Numbered from the stretch's first letter, positions 7,871 through 17,187 are shown. The stretch: 20,000 bases of DNA from an uncultured virus (IMG/VR IMGVR_UViG_2898099943_000001) (IMGVR_UViG_2898099943_000001:107336-127335); one strand, 5' to 3'. Translations and numbers: made by a program. Notes: generated from the sequence alone by a model not told the origin.

Positions 7871-10188
7871 GAGATGGAATTAAATTTGTAGGAACGCTTA
7901 ATAACTATATTTTTTCTTCCAAAACAAGTGATTTTAAAATTGCTAGTATTAACGTTCTTGATGAGCTAGAAGGCTTATTCAGATACAACAATTATGGCAA
8001 TATCACACTTAAAGGTGGTATGGAGCTACTACCAAAAACAGAGTATGAAATTGTTGCCTCATACATTGTTGATAAGAAATATGGTGAGCAATATAATATC
8101 GAATCATACAAGCGTACACGTGCTATTGAAGATATGAGTGCAGAAGACTTTAACGAGTTTATGGCTAGTCTAGGTAATAGTGCTGATAAGGTCGCTGAAC
8201 ACTTTGGTGAAAAGACTAAAGATATTATGAATAAAGCTCTCGAACAAAACGATACCAGTGAACTTGAAAAGGTAAACGGTATTGGTAAGGTTAAGGCTTC
8301 AAAGATATTAGATAAGTATGGCAGCCAACGTGATTATAGTATGGCTATTGCAGTATTTGGTAAGTGGGGCTTTACTCATTCTAAGATTAAAACTATCGTT
8401 AACAAATATCGCAATCAAGATTTGGCTATTAAAAAGCTAAATGAAAATCCATATAATCTATATCTTGACCGTATTCCTGGCATAGGGTTCAAAACTATTG
8501 ATAACAAAGCGTTAGAAAATGGTGTTGCCCCTAATGACAGAAGACGTGTTGAGGCTTATATCTATAATTTCTTTGATGATTTAAGCATGTCTGGTGACTC
8601 ATATATTCCTATTGAAAAGCTACGTAATCATCTACGTACCGAAGTCTACAATGTTGATTTAGATAGTGCTACTAACTTTATCTTAGGCAATGAAGACTTT
8701 AAGATATTCAAAAAAGATGGTGTTAATTGCGTAGCTTTAAGGGAAACATATGAACTTGAGAAGAAAACAGCTTATGAACTATTAAGGGTTCAAAATGCTT
8801 GGGATAACAAAAAGAGTATTGATGATATTGATACCTACATATCAGAAGTCGAAGAAGAACAAGGCTGGAAGTATGGGAAGCAACAATTAGAAGCTATCCA
8901 TACCATCGCCACAAATAACGTCTTCTTATTACAAGGTTATTCTGGTACAGGTAAATCATCTTTGCTTAAAGCAGTGGTAAGAGCTATGCAAGCTAATGAC
9001 TTTACAATAGCTCAATGTGCTTTATCTGGTAAGGCAGCGGACAACTTAACCAAAGTTACAGGGTTGCAAGGTATGACTATTCATAGATTATTGCAATACA
9101 ACCCTAGTTCAGATTCCATGTTTAATTATTGGAAGAAGAACCCATTGCCTTATGATGTAATTATTTTAGATGAAGTTTCAATGGTTAATTTAGACCTGTT
9201 TTATAGTTTGGTTAGTGCAATCAAAGATGGGGCTAAGTTAATCATGGTAGGTGACTCGGGTCAGCTTGACTCAATCGGTATCGGTGTTATGTCTGGCATT
9301 TTAGACTCGCAAGTTATTCCTACAATCACCTTAACTGAAATTCATAGACAAGCAGAAGAAAGTGCCATTATATCTCATTCTATTACGTATCGTAAAGGTG
9401 TTATGCCAAAGGAAGTAAACAAAGAAGGCTTATTCCTATGCGGCACTAAAAAGGACTTAGTATATAAGTTACTTGAGAATGAGAAGGAACATGATAATCA
9501 AGGTAGAGTGGTAGATAATCTAATTCCTAACGCTTTAGTCTTTTTCAAGAAAGCCTTGAGCAAGTATAACGTGAAGGATATTCAGATTATCACACAAACT
9601 ACAAAGAATTGTAATGCGTTAAATGCCCTTTGCCAACAGATTGCCAACCCTAAGAATAGGGAAAAGGAAGAGTATGTCGTTTCATTCCAAAACAAAGATG
9701 ATGATTATGTTTTACGTGTAGGTGATAAGGTTATCAATACAGTAAACAATAGACGTACTGTTTCTGCTGAAAAAGGTAATACTATTACTCCTATCTATAA
9801 TGGTAACACTGGGATAATTGAGTCTATTACAAAACAAGTTGACGAAGATGGCGATGAATATATCGAGTCTGTAATCAACTTTGACGGTATTGGTAGAGTT
9901 CTTTTAACCAGTGGTGATTTGAGAAGTATCAGACTTGGATATGCTATTACAGTACATAAATCACAGGGTTCTACTATTCCATGTGTAATTGTGGTATTGC
10001 CATTCCAATTCATGTTGAACAGTCGTGAGTTGGTTTATACAGCTATTACACGTACAAGTGAATTATGTTTTGTAATATCTAGTTATGCTACTTTGGCTAA
10101 GGCTATTAAGAAGTCCACAAACAAGGTGCATAAGACAAATCTATCTGCATTCATGTCTTTGGAAGCCAGAAAGAGAGGTGAAATTTAG
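7867..10188 (+). CDS. recD2: RecD2-like SF1B DNA helicase
   Basis: N-terminal OB-like region with YGEQY, HhH motifs (VNGIGKVKA, IPGIGFKTID), Walker A GYSGTGKS, TIHRLL, DEVSMV, VGDSGQL, HRQ, YAITVHKSQGS, YTAITR. Confidence 0.92.
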   Translation: MRDGIKFVGTLNNYIFSSKTSDFKIASINVLDELEGLFRYNNYGNITLKGGMELLPKTEYEIVASYIVDKKYGEQYNIESYKRTRAIEDMSAEDFNEFMASLGNSADKVAEHFGEKTKDIMNKALEQNDTSELEKVNGIGKVKASKILDKYGSQRDYSMAIAVFGKWGFTHSKIKTIVNKYRNQDLAIKKLNENPYNLYLDRIPGIGFKTIDNKALENGVAPNDRRRVEAYIYNFFDDLSMSGDSYIPIEKLRNHLRTEVYNVDLDSATNFILGNEDFKIFKKDGVNCVALRETYELEKKTAYELLRVQNAWDNKKSIDDIDTYISEVEEEQGWKYGKQQLEAIHTIATNNVFLLQGYSGTGKSSLLKAVVRAMQANDFTIAQCALSGKAADNLTKVTGLQGMTIHRLLQYNPSSDSMFNYWKKNPLPYDVIILDEVSMVNLDLFYSLVSAIKDGAKLIMVGDSGQLDSIGIGVMSGILDSQVIPTITLTEIHRQAEESAIISHSITYRKGVMPKEVNKEGLFLCGTKKDLVYKLLENEKEHDNQGRVVDNLIPNALVFFKKALSKYNVKDIQIITQTTKNCNALNALCQQIANPKNREKEEYVVSFQNKDDDYVLRVGDKVINTVNNRRTVSAEKGNTITPIYNGNTGIIESITKQVDEDGDEYIESVINFDGIGRVLLTSGDLRSIRLGYAITVHKSQGSTIPCVIVVLPFQFMLNSRELVYTAITRTSELCFVISSYATLAKAIKKSTNKVHKTNLSAFMSLEARKRGEI

Positions 10189-10571
10189 TGACAAAACCAT
10201 ATCGTTGGTATAAAGGTGAACCTGTTATCATGAAGCGTGTTTACTACATAGGCAATCAAATGTTTACTAGGTTGGAACACTTCTATACTAAGGAAGTAAT
10301 TCCAGCAGTTGATGTTCATGATGTTAAAGATACTCGTGAAGAAAGCCTAGAAATTGCTAGTGATTTACAGGAAGAACCAAAGCAAGAAGAACAAACACAA
10401 GTCAATAAGATTAAATTTACTGACGCAGATGGTAATGAAAATGTGTTTGAAGAAAACAGCGAAGAATACCAAAAGTTTGTTGATAACAACAAGCTAAAAG
10501 ATGAGTTTATTGGACGTGTCTTAGATGGCAAAATCAATAAACATAAAGGTTTTAATATCGAACGTGTATAG
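10188..10571 (+). CDS. Hypothetical protein (127 aa); C-terminus weakly resembles a NUMOD1/HTH-like DNA-binding motif
   Basis: GTG start after GAGGTGA; ends IGRVLDGKINKHKGF. Confidence 0.7.
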   Translation: MTKPYRWYKGEPVIMKRVYYIGNQMFTRLEHFYTKEVIPAVDVHDVKDTREESLEIASDLQEEPKQEEQTQVNKIKFTDADGNENVFEENSEEYQKFVDNNKLKDEFIGRVLDGKINKHKGFNIERV

Positions 10572-10604
10572 CCTTAACATTCGGGAAGTGTGCAAGGGTA
10601 TGTA

Positions 10605-10751
10605 ATGTTTGATGATTATGAAACTTCTGAATTATTAGATATACTCAATTACATTTTACGTTCTGGAAGATGGAAAGAGTTGGAGTATGTCTATTCAGAG
10701 TTAGTTTTAGAACTACGAAAGCGTAGTGAATTGATGGGTATGATTTATTAA
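10605..10751 (+). CDS. Small hypothetical protein (48 aa, MFDDYETSELLDILNYILRSGRWKELE...)
   Basis: Translated by hand (below the track cutoff); weak RBS AAGGG; fills the intergenic gap. Confidence 0.5.
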   Translation: MFDDYETSELLDILNYILRSGRWKELEYVYSELVLELRKRSELMGMIY

Positions 10752-10756
10752 GGCAT

Positions 10757-10923
10757 AAAAAATAGGATAGCCTTATCAGAATCAGCTATCCTAGAACCTC
10801 GTGAGTGTACCGACCTTTTTTAATTCCGAATATTAGGTTTACAGGATGGAAGTAAGAAAGGTGTTTTTGACATTTTTCGTTTCAGTTTCAGTATGTTAAA
10901 ACAATTAGAGGTACACTCGGTTC
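10757..10923. ncRNA. Candidate multi-stem structured RNA upstream of the pnuC-family gene
   Basis: Hairpin 10763-10793; closing stem GAACC..GAGTGTACC / GGTACACTCGGTTC (10794-10923) enclosing stems 10813-10862 and 10863-10902. Confidence 0.5.
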
Positions 10924-11040
10924 ATACCTATTATACCTTAAATTCATTACGTTTTCTATAACAAATTAAGAAGCGATGTTAATCGTGGATAAGCAAGTCG
11001 TAAGACTGAAAGCTAAAGAGAAGAAAGAGGTTGAATTATT

Positions 11041-11808
11041 TTGGAAAACAATACAATAGATAAGTTTGATAACACAGGTGCATGGTATAACGTGTTGAAA
11101 CCAACATGGTATGTAGAACAAATGAAAGGCTGGTCTTTTCCTAGCTACATGCTGTTGATGTTTGGTTTGGGTGCAATTATTGGTATGACAGCTGCTAGTG
11201 GTATCAATGGTATCTCAATTTTAACTTTGTTGGCTGGTACATTAGGTTTCACATGTACTATTTCTATCACAAACGCTAAACCATTAAACGGTATTTTTGG
11301 TTTGGTTAGTGCTTTGATTTACATTACAGTAGCTATTCATGCTAAGAACTTCAATGATGTTTTATTGCAAACTGTTTATATCCTGTTATTAGACTTACCA
11401 GTATTGCTTATGCCATCTTGGGCAAAGAACGTTGAAGAAAAGGTACGTTTCTTACATGAAGGTGGTAAAGGTAAGCGTAATTGGTTATTAACATTAGTAT
11501 TCTTTGTAGTAGTTGCTTTGGTGTTGTACTACTCAGATACACATTGGTTCATTAGCCCACGTCCAGTTGTAGATAGTGTGGCAGCAGCTATTGGTATTAC
11601 AGGTGCTATGTTAACTACATTACGTTTCTCAGAAAGTTATTATTTCTGGATTGCACAAGGTCTTTCTTCTGTTGTTTTATGGGGAATTACCGCAGCAAGT
11701 GGAGCAGTTAACTGGGTATTATTCGTAACATACCTATTGTACTTATCTAATGACGCAGTTGCATTATTCGATAAGAAGATTAGCTGGTTTCACCATACTA
11801 ATAAATAA
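11041..11808 (+). CDS. pnuC: PnuC-family (nicotinamide riboside / nucleoside-type) membrane transporter
   Basis: About 7-8 hydrophobic helices; motifs KPLNGIFGLVS, PVVDS and LTTLRFSESYYFWIAQ typical of Pnu transporters; TTG start after GAGGT; substrate not determinable from sequence. Confidence 0.8.
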   Translation: MENNTIDKFDNTGAWYNVLKPTWYVEQMKGWSFPSYMLLMFGLGAIIGMTAASGINGISILTLLAGTLGFTCTISITNAKPLNGIFGLVSALIYITVAIHAKNFNDVLLQTVYILLLDLPVLLMPSWAKNVEEKVRFLHEGGKGKRNWLLTLVFFVVVALVLYYSDTHWFISPRPVVDSVAAAIGITGAMLTTLRFSESYYFWIAQGLSSVVLWGITAASGAVNWVLFVTYLLYLSNDAVALFDKKISWFHHTNK

Positions 11809-11908
11809 GACTCCTATTTGCTAAAAGAATAATGGTTGTTGTAGACTGGTTTTCCAGTCTTTTAGAAGCAGTGGACATGAGCTACTGTTTCTAAAAGGAG
11901 GGAAAATA

Positions 11909-12088
11909 ATGAAAGTGTTGAAAGTGTTTGTAGGAACTTGTGCACTCACATTAGCTTTGCTTTTCTTTTACATATCAAGTAGAGCATTCATGGTAGGCAT
12001 GTTTGTGATTAGTTTCATGTCTGCGTTAATCGTAATAGGTATGGGTCATCTATCATATTCAATGTTAGTAGATTTGTTTGAAGATTAA
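11909..12088 (+). CDS. Small two-TM membrane protein (59 aa, MKVLKVFVGTCALTLALLFFY...)
   Basis: Translated by hand; RBS AAGGAGGG; stop overlaps the next RBS. Confidence 0.75.
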   Translation: MKVLKVFVGTCALTLALLFFYISSRAFMVGMFVISFMSALIVIGMGHLSYSMLVDLFED

Positions 12089-12101
12089 GGATGTGATAAC
12101 T

Positions 12102-12314
12102 ATAGCAAGGAAGATAATTGACGGAATGCTATTAGGACTATTAACGGTTGCGTATTTAGTTCTAATAGCTTGTGTAATATATTTCTTTCCACATATAATC
12201 CATGTATATTTTGGATTGGGTTGGTTAATACTATATTGGCTATTCTTTGGCATACAAACTACGATTGGTTTAGTTGTAGTGCTGTTGATTATAATAGGTA
12301 GCTTAGGTGATTAA
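12102..12314 (+). CDS. Small membrane protein (track start TTG 12078; RBS position favours ATA 12102)
   Basis: Hydrophobic ORF; RBS-like AAGGATGTGA at 12087-12096. Confidence 0.65.
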   Translation: MARKIIDGMLLGLLTVAYLVLIACVIYFFPHIIHVYFGLGWLILYWLFFGIQTTIGLVVVLLIIIGSLGD

Positions 12315-12373
12315 TCCAATGCGACTATAATAGATTGAAACAAATAAATATGTTATCAGAGGAGATGTAGGAT

Positions 12374-12775
12374 ATGACATTACAGTTAGGCAATTTTGAT
12401 AGTCTGACGCTAGATACCAAGTATGAGTATAAATATTGTATGCTTGTCTATATCAAAAGTAAATTGTATGATACACACGTTGTTCAGTTCACATACTTCG
12501 ATAGTTTGTTTGGATTAGAAAAAGGGTATAAAACACTTGTTGACACATTAGAAGGGCATACTAGATGGGTTAATACAGACGGTGGTGCGTTTCGTGTAAA
12601 AGATATTGAATGTGTTGCACCAATAGTTGGCTATAACGTCCCAGATGGAGAAGTTGATGAAGGGACTTACAAAGGCTGTTTGGATTTTGACACAACTAAA
12701 GGGGACACTTTTGACGGTTGGTACAATCATGTTAAACACGTTCCTATTGATTTGATACGTGCTAGTGAAAGATGA
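12374..12775 (+). CDS. Hypothetical protein (133 aa)
   Basis: ATG with RBS GAGGAG. Confidence 0.75.
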   Translation: MTLQLGNFDSLTLDTKYEYKYCMLVYIKSKLYDTHVVQFTYFDSLFGLEKGYKTLVDTLEGHTRWVNTDGGAFRVKDIECVAPIVGYNVPDGEVDEGTYKGCLDFDTTKGDTFDGWYNHVKHVPIDLIRASER

Positions 12776-12813
12776 GTGCGTGAATAAAATGGATATTTTA
12801 TAAGGAGATTTTT

Positions 12814-13080
12814 ATGGAAATAATAGACAATCGTAACGTAATTGTTGATGAAAACATTAAAATCGGCGATGTTTTAGAAGTGATTAACCCAGAAGACCAT
12901 CGCCACGAATACTGGATTGTTGGTTATAACGGAGAGTTTGTTGCAGAAGGTGAATACTCACTTGTTAACTTAGAAACTGGGGTAGCTTTATTATCCAAAG
13001 ACCTTAACTCAGCACTTAAATGCTATTGTTTAGGCTGCGACATTAGAGTAGTAGATACTGAATTGTTTATTCATGATTAG
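12814..13080 (+). CDS. Small beta-rich phage protein, tandem paralogue 1
   Basis: RBS AAGGAG; motifs GDVLEV, YWIV, YSLVNLETG, VVDTEL. Confidence 0.8.
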   Translation: MEIIDNRNVIVDENIKIGDVLEVINPEDHRHEYWIVGYNGEFVAEGEYSLVNLETGVALLSKDLNSALKCYCLGCDIRVVDTELFIHD

Positions 13081-13092
13081 GAGGAATTACAT

Positions 13093-13377
13093 ATGGAAAT
13101 TGTAAAAGGTTTAAGTCGCAACAAGATTGTTGGGGCTGGTGACGTAATCAAAATCTTGTTTTCCGACACCGAAAACGAAGAGGCTTTGTTTATTAAAATA
13201 GAAGAATGCTATGTCATAGTAGTACATGACCATGGTGTAGGCGAGTACCATCTAGTTAATTTAGAGTCTGGTAGTATCGTGTTTTCAATAGATTTTGAAA
13301 GAGATATTTGTGATGAATTAAACGCTCGTGTTGATGACTGGGAAGTTGTAGACGCTAAGTTAAGCGTATCTAAGTAG
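13093..13377 (+). CDS. Tandem paralogue 2
   Basis: RBS GGAGG; motifs GDVIKI, YVIV, YHLVNLESG, VVDAKL. Confidence 0.8.
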   Translation: MEIVKGLSRNKIVGAGDVIKILFSDTENEEALFIKIEECYVIVVHDHGVGEYHLVNLESGSIVFSIDFERDICDELNARVDDWEVVDAKLSVSK

Positions 13378-13387
13378 AGGTGTTTTG

Positions 13388-13651
13388 ATGAAGATTAATA
13401 AAAGGGTCTTAAACAAAAGAAGAATAGAATGCGGTGACGTGATTAAAGTTGTTTATAACGGTGAAAGTGCGTACGAAGAATACTGGTTTGTAATAAAAGA
13501 ACTTGGGGGTAAACGGTATCACGCAGTCGATATAGCTACGGGTGTAGCTGGAATATCAGCTGATACACCATCAGAGATTGAAGCAATTTTATGTGGTGAC
13601 GCTATTGTAGATTGGGGTATCGTGGACGCGGAAATAGACGTGTCTAATTAA
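13388..13651 (+). CDS. Tandem paralogue 3
   Basis: RBS GAGGTG; motifs GDVIKV, YWFV, YHAVDIATG, IVDAEI. Confidence 0.8.
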   Translation: MKINKRVLNKRRIECGDVIKVVYNGESAYEEYWFVIKELGGKRYHAVDIATGVAGISADTPSEIEAILCGDAIVDWGIVDAEIDVSN

Positions 13652-13666
13652 GTGGAGGAATTACAT

Positions 13667-13924
13667 ATGTCAGTACGTAGAAATGTGAATATTATCAAGA
13701 GCCTTAAAAGTGGAGATATAATCGACCTCGGTTTAAACGGGCATAACGAATACTATATAGTAGCGTACCAAGCGGTTGGTGGAAAATATTGTTTAACCAG
13801 TTTGCAAGATGGCTACACAAGTGTATATGGGGATAGCTTAGAATATATTGAAGACTTCTTGCGTGGCTTAGGTTATGAAATTGTAGAAGATACAGAAACA
13901 AAAGAGTTTGAATTTAGTTTTTAG
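13667..13924 (+). CDS. Tandem paralogue 4 (ATG 13667)
   Basis: RBS GGAGG 13654-13658; motifs GDIIDL, YYIV, YCLTSLQDG. Confidence 0.75.
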   Translation: MSVRRNVNIIKSLKSGDIIDLGLNGHNEYYIVAYQAVGGKYCLTSLQDGYTSVYGDSLEYIEDFLRGLGYEIVEDTETKEFEFSF

Positions 13925-13937
13925 GAGGTGTTGGATA

Positions 13938-14204
13938 ATGAAGATTAAAGAGATAATTGACGAATACGGTTTACGTTTCGGCGATATAATCTACGTTAGA
14001 GACAACGATAGCTTCTACATGTTTACGCTAGAAACAAACAATTCATGCGTTGTTAATCTTCATAATGGGCATATTCATATACATTATTGGGAACACGATA
14101 TTAAAGAAACTGCGTTAAGGTTCTTTGATAACAAGAATTGCGTACTCATTAACAAGGGTTCACTTCTTAAAAGTGCGACTAACATGGAGGGAGGAGTTCT
14201 ATGA
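13938..14204 (+). CDS. Tandem paralogue 5, divergent (ATG 13938)
   Basis: RBS AGGAGGTG; motifs GDIIYV, FYMF, VVNLHNG. Confidence 0.7.
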   Translation: MKIKEIIDEYGLRFGDIIYVRDNDSFYMFTLETNNSCVVNLHNGHIHIHYWEHDIKETALRFFDNKNCVLINKGSLLKSATNMEGGVL

Positions 14205-14353
14205 GAGTATGGAAAATTTTAACAACAATAGTATTCATATTAATAACTGTAGGTATAGCTTTTTCAGAAATAGATACAGTCATGAAAACTTCAGCTGCAA
14301 TGTTGGTTCTAATTTATTGGGAACTTGAAGATATTTTGAGAAAACTTGATTAG
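14201..14353 (+). CDS. Small membrane protein (50 aa, MRVWKILTTIVFILITVGIAFS...)
   Basis: Translated by hand; RBS GGAGGAG; ATGA overlap with the previous gene; stop overlaps the next RBS. Confidence 0.7.
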   Translation: MRVWKILTTIVFILITVGIAFSEIDTVMKTSAAMLVLIYWELEDILRKLD

Positions 14354-14365
14354 GAGGGATAGCTC

Positions 14366-14776
14366 ATGGATAGACCGTTACAGAATATAAACGATATAGA
14401 TACATCTAAGATTGTAGAAGTCTATGATAATTTAGTGTGGTATAAATTGCCATTAGATAATGGATGGACATCTTATACGCTGCGTGCGGTAGATTGTATG
14501 CACGATAACGTGGAAATCTATAACAAGGATAATATCTATTCTGATGATGGATATACCCTCGGTATTAATTTCTCTCATATTCCTTCTGAACGCTATGACG
14601 AGCTACGTCCCATTGTTAAATGGTATGGATGCAAAATTGAAGACGATGGTGAAATTGTATTAAATGCTTATAAGATGAGATTTGGGAATCCATTATTGAA
14701 TATGACGTTAGCCCTTAGCACAATCGAAAACTATTTTGAATTTAGTGATAAGAAGGAGGATTATCCATATAAATGA
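14366..14776 (+). CDS. DUF1828-like protein
   Basis: RBS AGGAGG; IEIY..SDDGYTL..YG..EDDGEI pattern recalled for DUF1828; not verified by search. Confidence 0.55.
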   Translation: MDRPLQNINDIDTSKIVEVYDNLVWYKLPLDNGWTSYTLRAVDCMHDNVEIYNKDNIYSDDGYTLGINFSHIPSERYDELRPIVKWYGCKIEDDGEIVLNAYKMRFGNPLLNMTLALSTIENYFEFSDKKEDYPYK

Positions 14777-15147
14777 CAAGTGCTGAAAGAAAGTTCAATA
14801 AAGCAGTACGTAGATTAGACATGTACTTAGAAGATGGTAATATGGTCTCTGCTGACATTGAACTAAAATCTATGCGTAGAGTATATGATGAAATGAAGAA
14901 ACTAGAAAGTCATAGTGTTACCTTCTGGCTTTTTGTTACAGCAGCTCTAGTTGTGTATATTGGTATGGGGTGGGGTAAGTATGAAATACCAACCATATTT
15001 GTTACAGGAGTAGAGGCAATATCATTTGCTTTGATGACTTATGTTTCTAATATAGTAGACAATTTCATTGATAATATTGAATACTGGGAAAATGAGTATA
15101 ACAGACATAAGGAGGTGAATAGAACGGTTGACGACAGTATCAACTAA
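14773..15147 (+). CDS. Two-TM membrane protein (124 aa)
   Basis: RBS AAGGAGG; two hydrophobic segments. Confidence 0.75.
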   Translation: MTSAERKFNKAVRRLDMYLEDGNMVSADIELKSMRRVYDEMKKLESHSVTFWLFVTAALVVYIGMGWGKYEIPTIFVTGVEAISFALMTYVSNIVDNFIDNIEYWENEYNRHKEVNRTVDDSIN

Positions 15148-15388
15148 TAATGTAGTAACAGTATATACTAAGAATAATTGTCCGCAATGCAAGATAACAA
15201 AACGTAAGTTGCATTCTATGGGAATTGACTATCATGAATACAATGTAGATGAAGACCCCAAAGCATTAGATTATTTGTTAGAAAGAGGCTTGCGTAGTTT
15301 ACCTGTTGTAGTTACAGAAGATGATACATGGACTGGGCTACGAATGGACAAGTTAAACAATCTTCAAAAAAAGATGAATATTTCTTAG
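15128..15388 (+). CDS. nrdH: Glutaredoxin-like NrdH redoxin
   Basis: VTVYTKNNCPQCKITK, GLRSLPVV and WTGLRMDKL motifs; RBS AAGGAGGTG. Confidence 0.9.
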   Translation: MTTVSTNNVVTVYTKNNCPQCKITKRKLHSMGIDYHEYNVDEDPKALDYLLERGLRSLPVVVTEDDTWTGLRMDKLNNLQKKMNIS

Positions 15389-15395
15389 TTTTCTG

Positions 15396-15426
15396 TTGAC
15401 TTTTATTTTTTATATGGTATTATAAT
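15396..15426 (+). promoter_or_regulatory. Sigma-A type promoter at the head of the ncRNA/tnpB region
   Basis: TTGACT 15396-15401; TGnTATTAT (15418-15423) or TATAAT (15421-15426). Confidence 0.7.
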
Positions 15427-15433
15427 ATATGTA

Positions 15434-15463
15434 GTTAAGAGTTAAGAGAATAAACGAATAACT
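15434..15463 (+). repeat. Dispersed 30-nt motif, copy 2
   Basis: GTTAAGAGTTAAGAGAATAAACGAATAACT, just after the promoter like copy 1. Confidence 0.75.
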
Positions 15464-15543
15464 CAAGGCTACAACAAAACAATTAAATAAATCTATTATA
15501 TGTGTAGAACTTACAAAATGTGTCCTGTTAAGTGAGTTCAACA

Positions 15544-15622
15544 ATCGGATAGCTTAATGGCAGAGCGTACGAGTATGATAACGATACTTGTAAGGTTTGG
15601 TGTTCAATTCATCAATCCGATA
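15544..15622 (+). tRNA. Aberrant tRNA-like RNA with 9-bp anticodon stem (possibly tRNA-Ile derived)
   Basis: ATCGGAT/ATCCGAT acceptor, D arm GCTTAATGGCAGAGC, stem TACGAGTAT/ATACTTGTA with loop GATAACG, T loop GTTCAATTC. Confidence 0.6.
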
Positions 15623-15771
15623 TTTGTCACGATAACTATAATGATACTTGATTTTGTGCATTCACAATGAATGTGCATCCTTTTACTAAAATATTTTGTT
15701 TATTTTCTTTACTTATGTAGCGGTTATCGTGGCGACACCTCCAAAAGATTGGTAGGTGGGTGATTAACGGA

Positions 15772-15858
15772 TTTGCCCATCTACATAGGGTTTGGTTAGA
15801 ATATTGGTTTACAACTCCTTCCGTCAAGAAGTTACCAAATCCTATGTAGGTGAACAAA
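15772..15858 (+). ncRNA. 25-bp stem with 37-nt loop carrying an anti-SD motif
   Basis: TTTGCCCATCTACATAGGGTTTGGT / ACCAAATCCTATGTAGGTGAACAAA; G-U wobbles favour the + strand; loop contains ACAACTCCTTCC. Confidence 0.55.
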
Positions 15859-15910
15859 ACTTAGTTTACCTAAACAACTTTCGCAAATTTAAAAAAGGGT
15901 GGTGAGTAAG

Positions 15911-17068
15911 ATGTTAAAAGGTATTAAGTTGCGTATATATCCAAATAAGAAACAACGTGAACAACTAGATATTATGTTTGGGAATAGTCGTTTTGTTTGG
16001 AATAATATGTCAGCTATGATGAATGAGCGTTATAAGAATAACAAAGATTTGCCTATATTGAGTGGTTATGACTTGAATAACTTACTAAAGCCATTGAAAG
16101 TTGAATATCCATTTTTGAAAGAGAGTGATAGTTCTGCTTTACAAGTAGATTGCCAAAATCTATATCAAGCGTGGAAGAACTTCTTTAATTCTGGTTTTGG
16201 CAAGCCTAGATTTAAATCTAGGAAATTCTATAAGCAATCATATACGGGTAAGTTGGTAAGTATCCATGTAATAGCTAAAAGATATATGAAAATGCCTAAG
16301 CTAGGATATATTAAGTCTAGCAAAACATCCCAGCTCACCGATTGTAAGATTAAACGTTATACACTAAGTCATGATACAACTGGTCGTTATTATTTATCTT
16401 TACAGGTAGAATGTGAAAATCAAGCATTGTTACCTAAGACAAATAAATCAGTTGGACTAGATTTAGGTGTAGCAGACTTAGCTATTTCTTCTGATGGAAT
16501 TAAATATAATACATTTCATGTGGAAGATTTAGAAGATAAAGCTAAATTGTGGCAACGTAAGTTTTCTAAACGTAGACATCAAGCTAAAGTTTGTATTGAG
16601 AGTGATAAATACTCTAAAGTATTAGTACCTAGAGATTTTGATGATTTTAAAAATCTGCAAAAAGCTCAAAGAGCTAAAGCTAGATTACAAGCTAAAATAG
16701 CCAACACACGCAAAGATTACTTGCATAAATTAACCACAATGTTAGTTAAACAATACGATATTATCGTTATTGAAGATTTAAAGGCTAAGAATATGATGAA
16801 AAATCATAAACTAGCTAAAGCAATAGCTAACGGTTCATGGTATTTGTTCCGTTCTATGTTGGAATATAAGTGTAATTGGTATGGCAAACAACTAATAGTA
16901 GTTAGTCCCAAATACACTTCACAAGTGTGTTCTAACTGCGGTGTAAATACAGGTAAGAAACCATTAGATGTTCGTGAGTGGACTTGTGATAATTGTGGTA
17001 TACATCACGATAGAGATATTAACGCTGCTAGAAACATCTTGGCTAAAGGATTAAAAGAAGTAGCTTAA
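15911..17068 (+). CDS. tnpB: IS200/IS605/IS607-family TnpB RNA-guided endonuclease (TnpB-1)
   Basis: N-terminal HTH ([10 protein letters not shown]), RuvC-I GLDLG, RuvC-II IEDL, Zn finger CSNC/CDNC, Ruv[17 protein letters not shown] 15911 after GGTGGTGA (track start GTG 15899). Confidence 0.93.
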   Translation: MLKGIKLRIYPNKKQREQLDIMFGNSRFVWNNMSAMMNERYKNNKDLPILSGYDLNNLLKPLKVEYPFLKESDSSALQVDCQNLYQAWKNFFNSGFGKPRFKSRKFYKQSYTGKLVSIHVIAKRYMKMPKLGYIKSSKTSQLTDCKIKRYTLSHDTTGRYYLSLQVECENQALLPKTNKSVGLDLGVADLAISSDGIKYNTFHVEDLEDKAKLWQRKFSKRRHQAKVCIESDKYSKVLVPRDFDDFKNLQKAQRAKARLQAKIANTRKDYLHKLTTMLVKQYDIIVIEDLKAKNMMKNHKLAKAIANGSWYLFRSMLEYKCNWYGKQLIVVSPKYTSQVCSNCGVNTGKKPLDVREWTCDNCGIHHDRDINAARNILAKGLKEVA

Positions 17069-17187
17069 ATAAACATAAAGGTATGGGACGTGCCTCGGTA
17101 ATATATCTAGGTTCTGTAAGTTAGGCTTAGTTCTAAATACTACCTAGAGTTCCCAGAAACCACCGTTTTTAATCGGTGTGTAGTCCA
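17069..17187 (+). ncRNA. TnpB-1 omegaRNA scaffold / element right end; putative guide starts near 17188
   Basis: 5' hairpin 17079-17095 with loop GGGAC complementary to terminal GTCC (17183-17186); central TCTAGGT/ACCTAGA stem; end hairpin CACCG/CGGTG 17161-17178. Confidence 0.7.

Noticed and set aside
10757..11040. Known riboswitch (NAD+-II, TPP, FMN, purine) upstream of the pnuC-family gene
   Set aside because: I could not recognise the consensus motifs of these classes; reported only as an unassigned structured RNA
11843..11897. Hairpins AGACTGG/CCAGTCT and CTTTTAGAAGCAGTGG/CTACTGTTTCTAAAAG after the pnuC-family gene
   Set aside because: No U-tract on the + strand so not called a terminator; could be a processing site or partly occlude the next RBS, but evidence is insufficient
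293..13901. Minus-strand ORFs in the track (293-475, 808-1131, 1363-1755, 2900-3154, 4760-4990, 5142-5471, 6277-6576, 7094-7285, 9795-10013, 10316-10537, 12065-12253, 12548-12739, 13704-13901)
   Set aside because: Antisense shadows of well-supported + strand genes, with no recognisable motifs
14125..14328. 67-aa + strand ORF
   Set aside because: Overlaps two better genes (13938-14204 and 14201-14353) that have RBSs and coupled start/stop codons
15636..15857. 73-aa minus-strand ORF
   Set aside because: No convincing RBS; overlies long RNA stems better explained as + strand ncRNA
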